Assembly: GCA_025061805.1 (NCBI GenBank)
Contig: JANWZV010000001.1
Coordinates: 1-58,497 of the forward strand
Length of the DNA stretch: 58,497 nt
Direction: 5' to 3'
Source: Candidatus Dojkabacteria bacterium
Lineage (GTDB): Bacteria > Patescibacteriota > Dojkabacteria > J137
The translations under genes and the position numbers were made by a program. Positions 8,601 through 15,823 of this stretch are shown here, piece after piece (position 1 is the first letter of the stretch; each line of letters starts with the position of its first letter). The notes beneath the pieces were generated by a model. It saw only the letters and a list, made by a program, of their open reading frames with translations. It was not told the origin of the DNA and searched no databases.

Positions 8601-8760
8601 GAGGGACGAGGATATAATCAATAGGTTTGGAGAAGAAGATAATTTCGATGAAGAAAATGAAGAGGAAAATATCGTTGATAATACGGATAAAAATTTAGAA
8701 GATGATGAAATGAATGTTCCTGATACTCAAGAAAAGGAAAAACCTGGAGAAGACCAGTAA
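5641..8760 (+). CDS. Portal vertex protein (gp20-like) interrupted by an intein; acidic C-terminal tail
   Basis: RLERYQQYDQMDQDSEINASLDTIADFAT and, after the intein, SILEDYFFPITAEGRGSKVETLP resemble T4-type portal motifs. The track start at 5635 is TTG; the ATG at 5641 is preferred. Confidence 0.7.
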   Translation: MSNWKKYFQTITLDKKISALQNQPDSPAYANKFSSYLPEIYSGSSNRLERYQQYDQMDQDSEINASLDTIADFATSVPENSNLIFEIVFLDSSSPTPVETNIIKQALIKWCKINKFSSRLWRIFRSTIKYGDQFFLRDPETFELLWIDHYKVQSVIVNPAKGKKPEYYVINDLDINLQTKVATLPRENAVNMINSLYYVNKPQGEQLQHTLYYNQPNVTSWIGKFRGVSNTPRSEIAVNADHIVHFSLSEGLDALWPFGSSILESVFKVYKQKELLEDALIIYRVQRAPERRVFYIDVGNMPPHKAISYVERIKNEIHQRRIPNKTGGGTSILDASYNPLCLSLDTKIPLLNNTEKTIREIIDHYENKGENLYTYSINENTLEVEVSRIVSAKITGKNKKLMRIHLDNSCYVDCTPDHRFITRDGKEVKAEELTIGTSLMPFYLRKKELSKNCKTTYLQIYNPSTNEWKFVHRLVKDNYPIKDHVYNEKYKNKPKEVIHHLDFNRFNNTPENLVLMNSIDHWLLHSEAAKSKVNREKISLLNKRRWKDDNFRNSVIEKQKIRYSEKMFCILQNVFSQNSQNQEKILSILNKNKEFIEEFKKINNKTKCANKDFSVFTRRNLICLINCFGYDSWKKFRIEQIKAKKIRNSVFYQNCNFDEHTKDFIKNIVSSFDEDFRIRDLLEKINQNKSFLDSWKNSNKKLHKKCLVKKSFDKFNYKHLRTFVISNGYANFDEFKKNVLQDSQLNHKITKIEYLEGVHDVGDIQIDSPSGSHWFAVSAGIFVHNSILEDYFFPITAEGRGSKVETLPAGENLGQIDDLRYFDNKLKRGLRVPSSYLPSGPEDGQTSFNDGKIGNAYIQEYRFSKYVQRLQNLLQPTIDKEFKYFLKVNGINVDTSSFYICFWQPQNFGKYRQLETDAAQIQIFSSLSDVPWLSKRFIAKRYLGLTDDEIIENEKLWLEENSDTQQETKNQDEKTDMFDNGMMNMNTRDEDIINRFGEEDNFDEENEEENIVDNTDKNLEDDEMNVPDTQEKEKPGEDQ
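6661..7995 (+). mobile_element. Complete 445-aa intein with an HNH-type endonuclease domain, inserted in the portal gene
   Basis: It starts CLSLDTKIPLL (block A). Block B is DCTPDHRFIT. The HNH motif is VIHHLDFNRFNNTPENLVLMNSIDHWLLH. Block F is HDVGDIQIDSPSGSHWFAV and block G is IFVHN, followed by +1 Ser at 7996. It is in frame (1335 nt). Confidence 0.85.
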
Positions 8761-8797
8761 AAAATTAATTAGTTTTTTACCAAAAAAAATCTTTTTT

Positions 8798-8805
8798 TAT
8801 AAATA
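8798..8805 (+). promoter_or_regulatory. Exact T4-type late promoter consensus TATAAATA, 22 nt upstream of the ATG at 8828
   Basis: The exact 8-mer is read in the intergenic region after the portal gene. Confidence 0.35.
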
Positions 8806-8827
8806 ATAAAAAAGAAAAAAAGAAAAA

Positions 8828-9250
8828 ATGAAAGAAATCATAAAAATAAAAGAAGATATAGAAAAAATAGAAAGAAATTCAAACAACAACTTGATTGTTA
8901 AGGATGTTTTGAAACAATTTAAAGAAAGATTGAACAAGATTTTTAACGAGTATGTTTTTTACAATTCTTATTATGAAAATGAAAGAGGCGAAACCGAATA
9001 TAGATCTTGCTACGAGTGGAGCAAAAACATAAAAAATTTTAGGTTTACCTTGGGGTTTAGTTTGAATGACAATTATTATGGTGATATAGCTTTATCTATT
9101 GATTTTATAGATGAAAACGGGAATAATCATAATATCTTTTGTAAAAAGGATAGTTTTTCAAATACTAATTCAAATTTTAGTTTTAAGATAGAAGAATTTA
9201 TAAAAATCTATAAAAATAAAGTCAAAATTCTTAAATTCTTACTAAGATAA
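8828..9250 (+). CDS. Hypothetical protein
   Basis: 140-aa ORF with an ATG start. No motif recognised. Confidence 0.6.
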   Translation: MKEIIKIKEDIEKIERNSNNNLIVKDVLKQFKERLNKIFNEYVFYNSYYENERGETEYRSCYEWSKNIKNFRFTLGFSLNDNYYGDIALSIDFIDENGNNHNIFCKKDSFSNTNSNFSFKIEEFIKIYKNKVKILKFLLR

Positions 9251-9291
9251 AAATATTAAAAAAATTTTGTTTGTTTTATATCGAAAACGAT

Positions 9292-9582
9292 TTTCGCGCT
9301 TATTGCTTTTAGTCGCCGGATACGATATGAGCAACATTCAAAAGTGACTCGCTGTCACGCTGAACTGCTTACTGCAGTCGCGGCAGCGCCAGAATATGGC
9401 GCGTCTTTTGCCCGGCGTGGTGTTGTCCACGGAACCGCAACGGTTGCAAACGTAGCCATGCAGTCAGCGCACCAATTTCAGATGCGAGCGGCATGCGTTG
9501 TTGGTGCTGAATTTTCGCAGTAAGACGCGCAGTTTTATGGCTCGATATATAACCGTTATTGTGATTAAAAGCAATATATACC
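9292..9582 (-). mobile_element. GC-rich MITE-like element, copy 1: relic of an IS1595-family 5' end (zinc ribbon only) with imperfect terminal inverted repeats
   Basis: The core is 69/120 G+C (9361-9480, hand count) against AT-rich flanks. It is colinear with 51859-52156. Inverted repeats are 9300-9314 TTATTGCTTTTAGTC versus the reverse complement of 9563-9577, ATATTGCTTTTAATC (13/15). The minus-strand peptide is given under the pseudogene feature. Confidence 0.6.
9341..9538 (-). pseudogene. Decayed N-terminal zinc-ribbon fragment of an IS1595/ISXO2-type transposase
   Basis: The minus frame reads IKLRVLLRKFSTNNACRSHLKLVR*LHGYVCNRCGSVDNTTPGKRRAIFWRCRDCSKQFSVTASHF*. ATA sits at the start position (9536-9538). 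TGA sits at the conserved Trp position (9464-9466). The stop at 9338-9340 comes right after the ribbon, and no DDE domain follows. Confidence 0.6.
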
Positions 9583-9614
9583 AAATGTTTTTATCGAAAA
9601 TAAAAAAAGATATA

Positions 9615-10562
9615 TTAATTATCTAATGCTTGAATCATTTGGACCAAAATAGCCGAAAGATTTATTTCTGGATCAGCTACTATACTGTGATTTTTCATGC
9701 CTTCTAACAACAGTACCAAAGCCATTGCTTTTTTTTCGAAACTATTGAAACCTAATTTTTCCAAATTATTGTAGATAAATCTGAAAAATATTACATAATC
9801 GTTTTCTGATAAAAGATTTCCTATCAAATTTCTCCCTTCTTCTATTTTTTTATTCTTGAAACAATAAAAAATTCTAAAAAATTCTTCGTTTTCTTGTTCA
9901 TTTTTTATGTTTTTTAATGTTTTTCCGTCCCAGTTTTTTTGCAAATTGTTTATGATTTTTCTTAGATCTGGCCAAAATTTATTTACGTATTCACTTATGT
10001 TTGTAATTAGGTTTTCATCCAATTTTGCTCCTTCATTCAGAAGTATTTCTGCTGCTCTTTTTATACAATATTCTTTATCAAGAGATTTGAAGTTAAAATG
10101 TTGAAATCTGCTTTTCAGTGGAGGTATTATTTTGTTGCTGTAGTTTCCTGTTAAAATAAATCTACATATAGATACATAACTTTCTATTACGTTTCTTAGA
10201 GATAATTGGGCAGTTTGAGTCAATGAATCCGCCTCATCCAAAAGAATATACTTGAAATTTCCCATAGGCATGGTAGAAGCAAAGTTTATTATTATATCTC
10301 TTATGGTATCTATTCCTCTATTCGAGGAAGCATTTATAAATAAAATGTCGTTTTTGTCTATATTAAGTTCTTTGAATAGCAGTAAAGCTAAACTTGTCTT
10401 TCCTGTTCCTGGTGTTCCTGTTAGAAGCAAATTGGGAATTTGTTTATTTTTTATCCATTTGTAAACATTTTCTTTCAGTGTTTCATCGTTCCAAACGAAA
10501 TCCTCTATGGTTTTCGGTCTGTATTTTTCTACCCAAAGATAATTTTCTATCTTTTCTTTCAT
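9615..10562 (-). CDS. Clamp-loader AAA+ subunit (gp44 / RFC small-subunit-like)
   Basis: WVEKYRPKTIEDF, LLLTGTPGTGKTS (Walker A), ILLDEADSLT (Walker B) and KSRF. The start is trimmed to the ATG at 10562 (MKEKIENY), which removes the overlap with the divergent gene at 10633. Confidence 0.8.
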   Translation of the reverse strand: MKEKIENYLWVEKYRPKTIEDFVWNDETLKENVYKWIKNKQIPNLLLTGTPGTGKTSLALLLFKELNIDKNDILFINASSNRGIDTIRDIIINFASTMPMGNFKYILLDEADSLTQTAQLSLRNVIESYVSICRFILTGNYSNKIIPPLKSRFQHFNFKSLDKEYCIKRAAEILLNEGAKLDENLITNISEYVNKFWPDLRKIINNLQKNWDGKTLKNIKNEQENEEFFRIFYCFKNKKIEEGRNLIGNLLSENDYVIFFRFIYNNLEKLGFNSFEKKAMALVLLLEGMKNHSIVADPEINLSAILVQMIQALDN

Positions 10563-10632
10563 GGTTATATTTTTACTATAACATTTTACAAAATATTTTG
10601 TTTTTTTCAATAAATTATTATAAAATAATTTT

Positions 10633-11073
10633 ATGAATAAAAAAGAAAAAATAATAGAAATATTGAAGTCGGTGCATGATCCGGAAATTCCTATCAATAT
10701 ATATGATTTAGGATTAATTTATAATTTGTCTATAGAAGATGACAAAATAGACATTCTTATGACTTTAACTTCTCCAAATTGTCCTTCTGCGCAGGAAATT
10801 CCTGAAGAAATTGTAACTAAATTAAATTCAGAGTTTCCTGAAATGAAAATAAATATCAATATGACTTGGAACCCGCCATGGGATAAATCCAGAATGTCAG
10901 AAGAAGCAAGATTGGCATTGGATATGTTTGATTTAGAAATTCCATATCATCCGCCATATATCTATGATAATGATTTTATGTTTATCGATATACAAGATAT
11001 AGATGAAAACGAAATAGGTCAAAATTTTGAAGAAAATGTCTTTAATTTTGAAAGTGATAAATCAGACGAATAA
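10633..11073 (+). CDS. DUF59 / MIP18-family Fe-S cluster assembly protein (SufT/PaaD-like) with an acidic C-terminal extension
   Basis: VHDPEIPINIYDLGLIY ... LTSPNCP is the canonical DUF59 motif. Confidence 0.75.
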   Translation: MNKKEKIIEILKSVHDPEIPINIYDLGLIYNLSIEDDKIDILMTLTSPNCPSAQEIPEEIVTKLNSEFPEMKININMTWNPPWDKSRMSEEARLALDMFDLEIPYHPPYIYDNDFMFIDIQDIDENEIGQNFEENVFNFESDKSDE

Positions 11074-11099
11074 TCTTTTATGAAAAGAAAGGAAAAATC

Positions 11100-11396
11100 A
11101 TGTTGAAAAAGAATACACAAACCAATAAAAACAATAATGAAAACAATACAAAAAAGAATAATAAACATAATAAAGTCATGAATGATAATAAAAACAAAAC
11201 CATATTGTTCAAAAATATAAAGGATGCAGAGGATTATTTAAGAAATAAAACACAAAATATGAAAAAAAGAATAAATGAAAAGTGGGTAGGTTATTTGGTA
11301 GAAGCAGTACCAGAAGGTTATTTGGTTTATTATGAACACAATAGTAGTTTGTTTTTAAATAAAATAGAAGATCAGAAAATAAGGCATTGGGCATAA
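11100..11396 (+). CDS. Hypothetical protein, N/K-rich N-terminus
   Basis: 98-aa ORF. The RBS-like sequence aaaggaaaaatc precedes the ATG. Confidence 0.5.
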   Translation: MLKKNTQTNKNNNENNTKKNNKHNKVMNDNKNKTILFKNIKDAEDYLRNKTQNMKKRINEKWVGYLVEAVPEGYLVYYEHNSSLFLNKIEDQKIRHWA

Positions 11397-11420
11397 AAAT
11401 TTCATAATGTTTTTTTATGT

Positions 11421-12434
11421 TTATATGATATGTCTTTGTTCTTTCTTTAGAAGAAGAACAGAGGCAATGTTTTGCCAATTTTGTTTGTCAGTTAAATAAA
11501 TGGATGTCAATTTTCTCAACTCTCTCAATGAAAGAATTCTAAATTTTTCAAGATTTTGTTCAATAAAGATAAGAATATTTTCTTTATCTTCTTTTGTTAG
11601 GTTTTCATCGAATACGGTGTTGCTAAACACATATTTAATCCAAGAAAAAATTTCAATCTTTGTCCAAAGATTGAGATCCAAATAAAGGCTTCTGCTCATG
11701 AGAGCATTTAAGTGGGGGGCAATCTTGCTTTTGTTTTCTTCAATAATTTGTTGGAAATTAATATTCGATAAAAACATCATGCATCCTTCATAAACAAAGC
11801 TGTTGGGAATGTCTTCATTTTTTAGTGCATCGCTCATCCAAGAAATTTTTCTTCTTTTTCCTGTATCTAATCCAGATTTCAAAATATTCAAGGCATTTTC
11901 ATCAAATAGAATACTATCTGCATCATCCAAAATAATAATCTTTCCTTTATCCTTATAAGAATACATAAGTCTGTATAGATTAATGGACGTAATATGACCT
12001 TTGACTAGTACGTAATCTTCGTCTTCGATTTTGTTCAATTCATTTAGTTTATTGATTATGGAAAAGCTTTTTCCGATACCAGGGCTTCCGGTTACGATTA
12101 CCGAGTGAATATATCCGTTCACAACACCATTCGTTAGATTATCCAAAACATCAAACCTTCTTTTGATATCTTTGATCAATTCATCAATATTTTTATTATT
12201 GATCTTGTTTTTATCTTCGTTGTTGTTGATATAGTTTAAAATTCTTTTTGCATCTTTTTCGCTAATTAAAAGCCTAAATACGTGCTTCGGCATGAAAAGA
12301 GATGGTTCTCCGTTTACAGTGATAAACCAACCCTTTTTACCGAGTTTAGGGGGTGAAACAAGATAAACAAAATCTTCTTCATATTTCGTGGATTTATAAA
12401 ATCCAGAAATCTTAATTTTGATCTGATCCGTCAT
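11421..12434 (-). CDS. P-loop AAA-type ATPase of unknown role
   Basis: VTGSPGIGKSFS (Walker A) and IIILDDADS (Walker B). The track start at 12485 is TTG; the ATG at 12434 (MTDQIKIK) is preferred. Confidence 0.6.
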   Translation of the reverse strand: MTDQIKIKISGFYKSTKYEEDFVYLVSPPKLGKKGWFITVNGEPSLFMPKHVFRLLISEKDAKRILNYINNNEDKNKINNKNIDELIKDIKRRFDVLDNLTNGVVNGYIHSVIVTGSPGIGKSFSIINKLNELNKIEDEDYVLVKGHITSINLYRLMYSYKDKGKIIILDDADSILFDENALNILKSGLDTGKRRKISWMSDALKNEDIPNSFVYEGCMMFLSNINFQQIIEENKSKIAPHLNALMSRSLYLDLNLWTKIEIFSWIKYVFSNTVFDENLTKEDKENILIFIEQNLEKFRILSLRELRKLTSIYLTDKQNWQNIASVLLLKKEQRHII

Positions 12435-12565
12435 TAGCTTCTGTTTCCTTACATGATTTTTTATTTTAAGTTCTCTACAAATCAAGAGAATATTTTATGA
12501 GAGTATCACATATCTGAATTTCAATTTTTGCATGCCTCTGCTTTCGAAGTATAGAAGTTTTTTTC

Positions 12566-12594
12566 TTGACAAAAAGAAAAACCGATATACATTC
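12566..12594 (+). promoter_or_regulatory. Sigma70-like early promoter candidate (TTGACA, 16 nt, TACATT)
   Basis: TTGACA at 12566-12571 and TACATT at 12588-12593. The strong RBS aagggagaaggaga precedes the ATG at 12626. Confidence 0.4.
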
Positions 12595-12625
12595 AAATTT
12601 GTAATTAAGGGAGAAGGAGAAACAT

Positions 12626-13003
12626 ATGTATTCCAAGACAATGAAGCTGCATGTTATCCATCTAGGTGGAACATGCGAATATAATCGTGGTAGGAACTCT
12701 CGCGGCTGGACAATTCGGTTCCCGGGAGGTTATACAGCAAAGTATACAAATGATCAAGTAAATAATATCTCGGAACGGGAATTTCTTGATACGTTGCGAG
12801 ATAATGGGGTGGATATTTCTGGTGCTATTATTCTAGAAGATAAGAAGAGAAATTCTCCTCCAAGTAAGTATACCACGCGAGGCAGGGGTCGCCCAAGGAA
12901 GGGTTCTGAACCACGGGGGGAAATTACAAGAAAGATTTCGGTTAATGTAGAAACAAATGAAAATGTTACAATTCCTAATGATGTGAATATTCTAAGCGTT
13001 TGA
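12626..13003 (+). CDS. Small basic protein with an AT-hook (RGRGRPRKG); function unknown
   Basis: It has an AT-hook motif and visibly higher G+C than its neighbours. It has its own promoter-like and terminator signals and a TGA stop. Confidence 0.6.
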   Translation: MYSKTMKLHVIHLGGTCEYNRGRNSRGWTIRFPGGYTAKYTNDQVNNISEREFLDTLRDNGVDISGAIILEDKKRNSPPSKYTTRGRGRPRKGSEPRGEITRKISVNVETNENVTIPNDVNILSV

Positions 13004-13010
13004 TAACCAA

Positions 13011-13043
13011 AAGGAGATAGAAAAATTCTATCTCCTTTTTTTA
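13011..13043 (+). terminator. Rho-independent terminator
   Basis: AAGGAGATAG, a 7-nt loop, CTATCTCCTT, then a T-run. Confidence 0.75.
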
Positions 13044-13051
13044 ATAAAAAC

Positions 13052-13080
13052 TTGACAAGCTAGATTTTTTTGATATCTTT
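13052..13080 (+). promoter_or_regulatory. Second sigma70-like promoter candidate (TTGACA at 13052-13057)
   Basis: The -35 element is exact but the -10 is weak (ATCTTT or GATATC). It lies upstream of the ATG at 13104. Confidence 0.3.
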
Positions 13081-13103
13081 TTGCTTAAACGAAGAGGTCG
13101 TCT

Positions 13104-13634
13104 ATGTTCATTTGTGAAAATGTAACAGACGAAGGTGACGTTGAAGGAGAGAAGTCTGAAGACGACAAGAAGAGTTTTATTAAAATTCCAAAAACTTTAA
13201 AAAGAGATTTGTATTTTTTTGATATTACAAAGAAGATTGCAGAAAGTCAAAATGATCGTTTTGGCTATAAGTTTGCTGCCATGATTGTTCATAGGCACAA
13301 GGTTATTTCTGTAGGTACTAATCTAGAAAAAACACATCCGTTTGCTGCCAGATTTGGCAGAAACCAGGACTCTACTTTTTGGCACGCCGAGACACATGCA
13401 ATTTATAATGCTTATAAGAATGGCATAGATGACTCTATTTTTTCCAAATCAACAATGTATGTCGTAAGATTGAAGCTAAAGAATAATAAAGGACAAAAGC
13501 ACCAGATTTTGGGGCTTAGTAAGCCTTGTAAAGGTTGTATGAATTGTATTAATTTTTTCGGTATCAAGAAAATCGTATATTCTATCGATCAGGATAAGTA
13601 TGGCTATGGTTTTGATATCATAGAATGCAAGTGA
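13104..13634 (+). CDS. CMP/dCMP deaminase-family zinc enzyme (deoxycytidylate deaminase-like)
   Basis: WHAETHAI (HAE zinc/catalytic motif) and SKPCKGCMNC (PCxxC). Confidence 0.7.
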   Translation: MFICENVTDEGDVEGEKSEDDKKSFIKIPKTLKRDLYFFDITKKIAESQNDRFGYKFAAMIVHRHKVISVGTNLEKTHPFAARFGRNQDSTFWHAETHAIYNAYKNGIDDSIFSKSTMYVVRLKLKNNKGQKHQILGLSKPCKGCMNCINFFGIKKIVYSIDQDKYGYGFDIIECK

Positions 13635-13695
13635 TGATTTTATTATTCAGAAAAAGACTTATATTGAATTAAAACAAATAGTACTTTTTTTTATT

Positions 13696-14838
13696 CTATT
13701 CTTCTGTTTCATCGTAAGGCGAACCAAAGTCAACTTTTGGTTTTACAGCTTTGGACAGATAAATTTTCTCATCATATTCTTTAGAATATGAATCCGTATG
13801 TTTGTTTTTGTTGTTGATAAAAGATTCCAACGTTCTGTGTGGAGGAACGAATGGTTTTCTCCAAGCATATTCAATCCTTACCCACTTGGAGGCCTTTCTT
13901 CTGTATAATCCATATGGTTCGAAATCTGTTCTTAAAAAATAATCTCCTTCTGAAGGATTAGTTGGAAAGGATGTTCCTTTTCCTACTAAAATGGCTCCGT
14001 TCGGGGGTATACCATCACCGAAATGTAGATAAGGGGGATGTTTCGCATTATCTTCGCACGGGAACAAATACAGATGAGCATGATCATAATTTCTATAAGG
14101 AACAACACTGTTGGCTCGATTGAAAATTTCGTCTGATATATTTTGATCATTGCCGGGAGTATTTTTACCGGATACTATATCTTTGATTGTCAAATCAAGA
14201 GGATTTGTCGTTTCTGGTGTTAGAGATTCCAAACCATCTGATCCAAGAGGTGTTCTATTTAGTATATCAAAGAATTCTTGTTGATTTTGGATTGCCTTTA
14301 TTCTTGTTCTCCAAACATGGGTTCTCCATGTCATTGAATAACCTTCTGCTGCTCTTCCAGCATCTTCGACAACAAAATATTTGTTTATGGCAGGAGAATT
14401 TTTATCCAATAAGTCAGTATCTCTTAAATGTGGGAATTCCAAAACATCCCCACTCATTATTTTTCTTCCTATTTTTTCTATCATTTCGTTATAATGAAAA
14501 TATACTATCAATGTATCAGCAGTTAAGAATATTCCAAATTGTCTTAAATCCATATCGTTGTCGGAAACGGTATATATTCCATTAATATCATATATATCAG
14601 GATCATATTTTCTATCTCTGTTTTCTAGGAAAAACAAATCTTGTATCTGTAATTCTTCTTGTACTTCTTTTTCATTATAATTAGGCAAAGTTTGGTCATC
14701 AGTATCTTCTGATTTTACGCCGATAAACTTATGCACAAAAATATTTGTGCCTCCAATAAAGAAATATTCTCTTACCTGTCTATCAAAAAAATAATAATCT
14801 TGCGATTTTTCCGGTTTCCAGAATTTAATTCTTGGCAT
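13696..14838 (-). CDS. Hypothetical protein, probably virion-associated
   Basis: 380-aa ORF at the head of a minus-strand block of fibre-like genes, preceded by an ATAAATATTT box. No family recognised. Confidence 0.6.
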   Translation of the reverse strand: MPRIKFWKPEKSQDYYFFDRQVREYFFIGGTNIFVHKFIGVKSEDTDDQTLPNYNEKEVQEELQIQDLFFLENRDRKYDPDIYDINGIYTVSDNDMDLRQFGIFLTADTLIVYFHYNEMIEKIGRKIMSGDVLEFPHLRDTDLLDKNSPAINKYFVVEDAGRAAEGYSMTWRTHVWRTRIKAIQNQQEFFDILNRTPLGSDGLESLTPETTNPLDLTIKDIVSGKNTPGNDQNISDEIFNRANSVVPYRNYDHAHLYLFPCEDNAKHPPYLHFGDGIPPNGAILVGKGTSFPTNPSEGDYFLRTDFEPYGLYRRKASKWVRIEYAWRKPFVPPHRTLESFINNKNKHTDSYSKEYDEKIYLSKAVKPKVDFGSPYDETEE

Positions 14839-14841
14839 CCA

Positions 14842-14851
14842 AAATATTTAT
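14842..14851 (-). promoter_or_regulatory. ATAAATATTT box, 3 nt upstream of the start at 14838
   Basis: The plus strand reads AAATATTTAT. The spacer on the coding strand is TGG. Confidence 0.35.
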
Positions 14852-14877
14852 GTATTATTTTTTATTTTTATACGCAA

Positions 14878-15189
14878 ATGATAAATATTTTTATGAAATC
14901 AAAAAAAGTTGTATTAGATGAATTGGCTTTGTATTTTTTTCATCCTGATGATACTTTTCAAGATTTATCTAATGCTTTTTTCTATGATAAGGTAGTCTGG
15001 AAATCTGATTATAATCTTGAAAATTATCCAAAAAACGACCCTGTTTCCAAACACTTGGATTTTTTTCCTGATTCAATATTAGAAGATACAACAACTGGAA
15101 ATTATTATATATTAGGTTATGATGAATTATTTAAAATCAAGAAATTTTTAAACTCTATTGATTTTGATTCTTTGAAAGATAAGTTTTAA
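14878..15189 (+). CDS. Hypothetical protein
   Basis: The track ORF 14731..15189 overlaps the divergent gene. The ATG at 14878 (or 14893) avoids the overlap. Confidence 0.5.
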   Translation: MINIFMKSKKVVLDELALYFFHPDDTFQDLSNAFFYDKVVWKSDYNLENYPKNDPVSKHLDFFPDSILEDTTTGNYYILGYDELFKIKKFLNSIDFDSLKDKF

Positions 15190-15205
15190 AGTTTTATTGC
15201 TTCAA

Positions 15206-15790
15206 TTAACACATAGATATTCTTATGGTATATATGATCTCTATTTGTCTATTCAAGGATTTTTCTACAGGCGAAAAGATAGCATGTGTCAATAGTTTTT
15301 CTCTTTCTGGTGTTTGACCGTAACTTTTTATTCCTATTTCATCAAATACAAATGTATCTTCGGAATTTGTGTTGTCATCGAAAACGTTTTGTGAAGATGG
15401 CTCGTTTAATTCTAAAACACAATTTATGATGATATCTGTAAAAAGAGTCGATGGAACATGTTTTACTTTCACTTTATTTTTCAATGGATTTGTGTTGTTA
15501 GGATCAACTTCATCGACAATTTTTTCATATGTTTGATTGTATAGTTGTGCATCAAGACCAGATATGTTAGGAGGAAAATAAGTTATGGTTCCAGTTCCAG
15601 AAACTATACTTCCGCCATTTCCAAATACCATTTTTGATATGTATCCTTCTGGTTCTCTTGCTAAAGATTGTGCGATGGCGATACTCATATTTTCATAATG
15701 AATGGCATTTTTTGTTTCTAATATTGTTTTTTTGTCTTGAATATCTATTATTTTCAAAAAACCTTCTATTTTTGTGTTTGAAGTCAACAT
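15206..15790 (-). CDS. Hypothetical structural protein
   Basis: 194-aa ORF in the fibre block. The upstream sequence ATAAATATAA is a near match to the box. Confidence 0.55.
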   Translation of the reverse strand: MLTSNTKIEGFLKIIDIQDKKTILETKNAIHYENMSIAIAQSLAREPEGYISKMVFGNGGSIVSGTGTITYFPPNISGLDAQLYNQTYEKIVDEVDPNNTNPLKNKVKVKHVPSTLFTDIIINCVLELNEPSSQNVFDDNTNSEDTFVFDEIGIKSYGQTPEREKLLTHAIFSPVEKSLNRQIEIIYTIRISMC

Positions 15791-15823
15791 TTTTTTATAT
15801 TTATTATTGATTTTTTTTATTTT

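Noticed and set aside
9464-9466. TGA at the conserved Trp position as evidence for a TGA=Trp genetic code
   Set aside because: TGA terminates apparently genuine genes here (12626..13003, 13104..13634, 22932..24299). The same copy has also lost its start codon, so a TGG-to-TGA pseudogene lesion is simpler.
9292-9582. GC-rich blocks as structured non-coding RNAs (riboswitch, ribozyme or intron)
   Set aside because: Inter-copy substitutions follow codon positions, with synonymous changes around conserved Cys, Trp and KQFSVT. The one clear hairpin in copy 1 (GCGCCA..TGGCGC, 9386-9402) is not maintained in copy 2. Transcription as RNA is not excluded.
9369-9584. Track ORFs 9369..9584(-), 51838..52122(-) and 51848..52078(+) as the element's genes
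   Set aside because: These frames lack the conserved zinc-ribbon motif and are open mainly because GC-rich DNA has few stop codons.
10563-10697. 45-aa N-terminal extension of the clamp loader
   Set aside because: It overlaps the divergent DUF59 gene. The RFC-type homology begins at the internal ATG at 10562.
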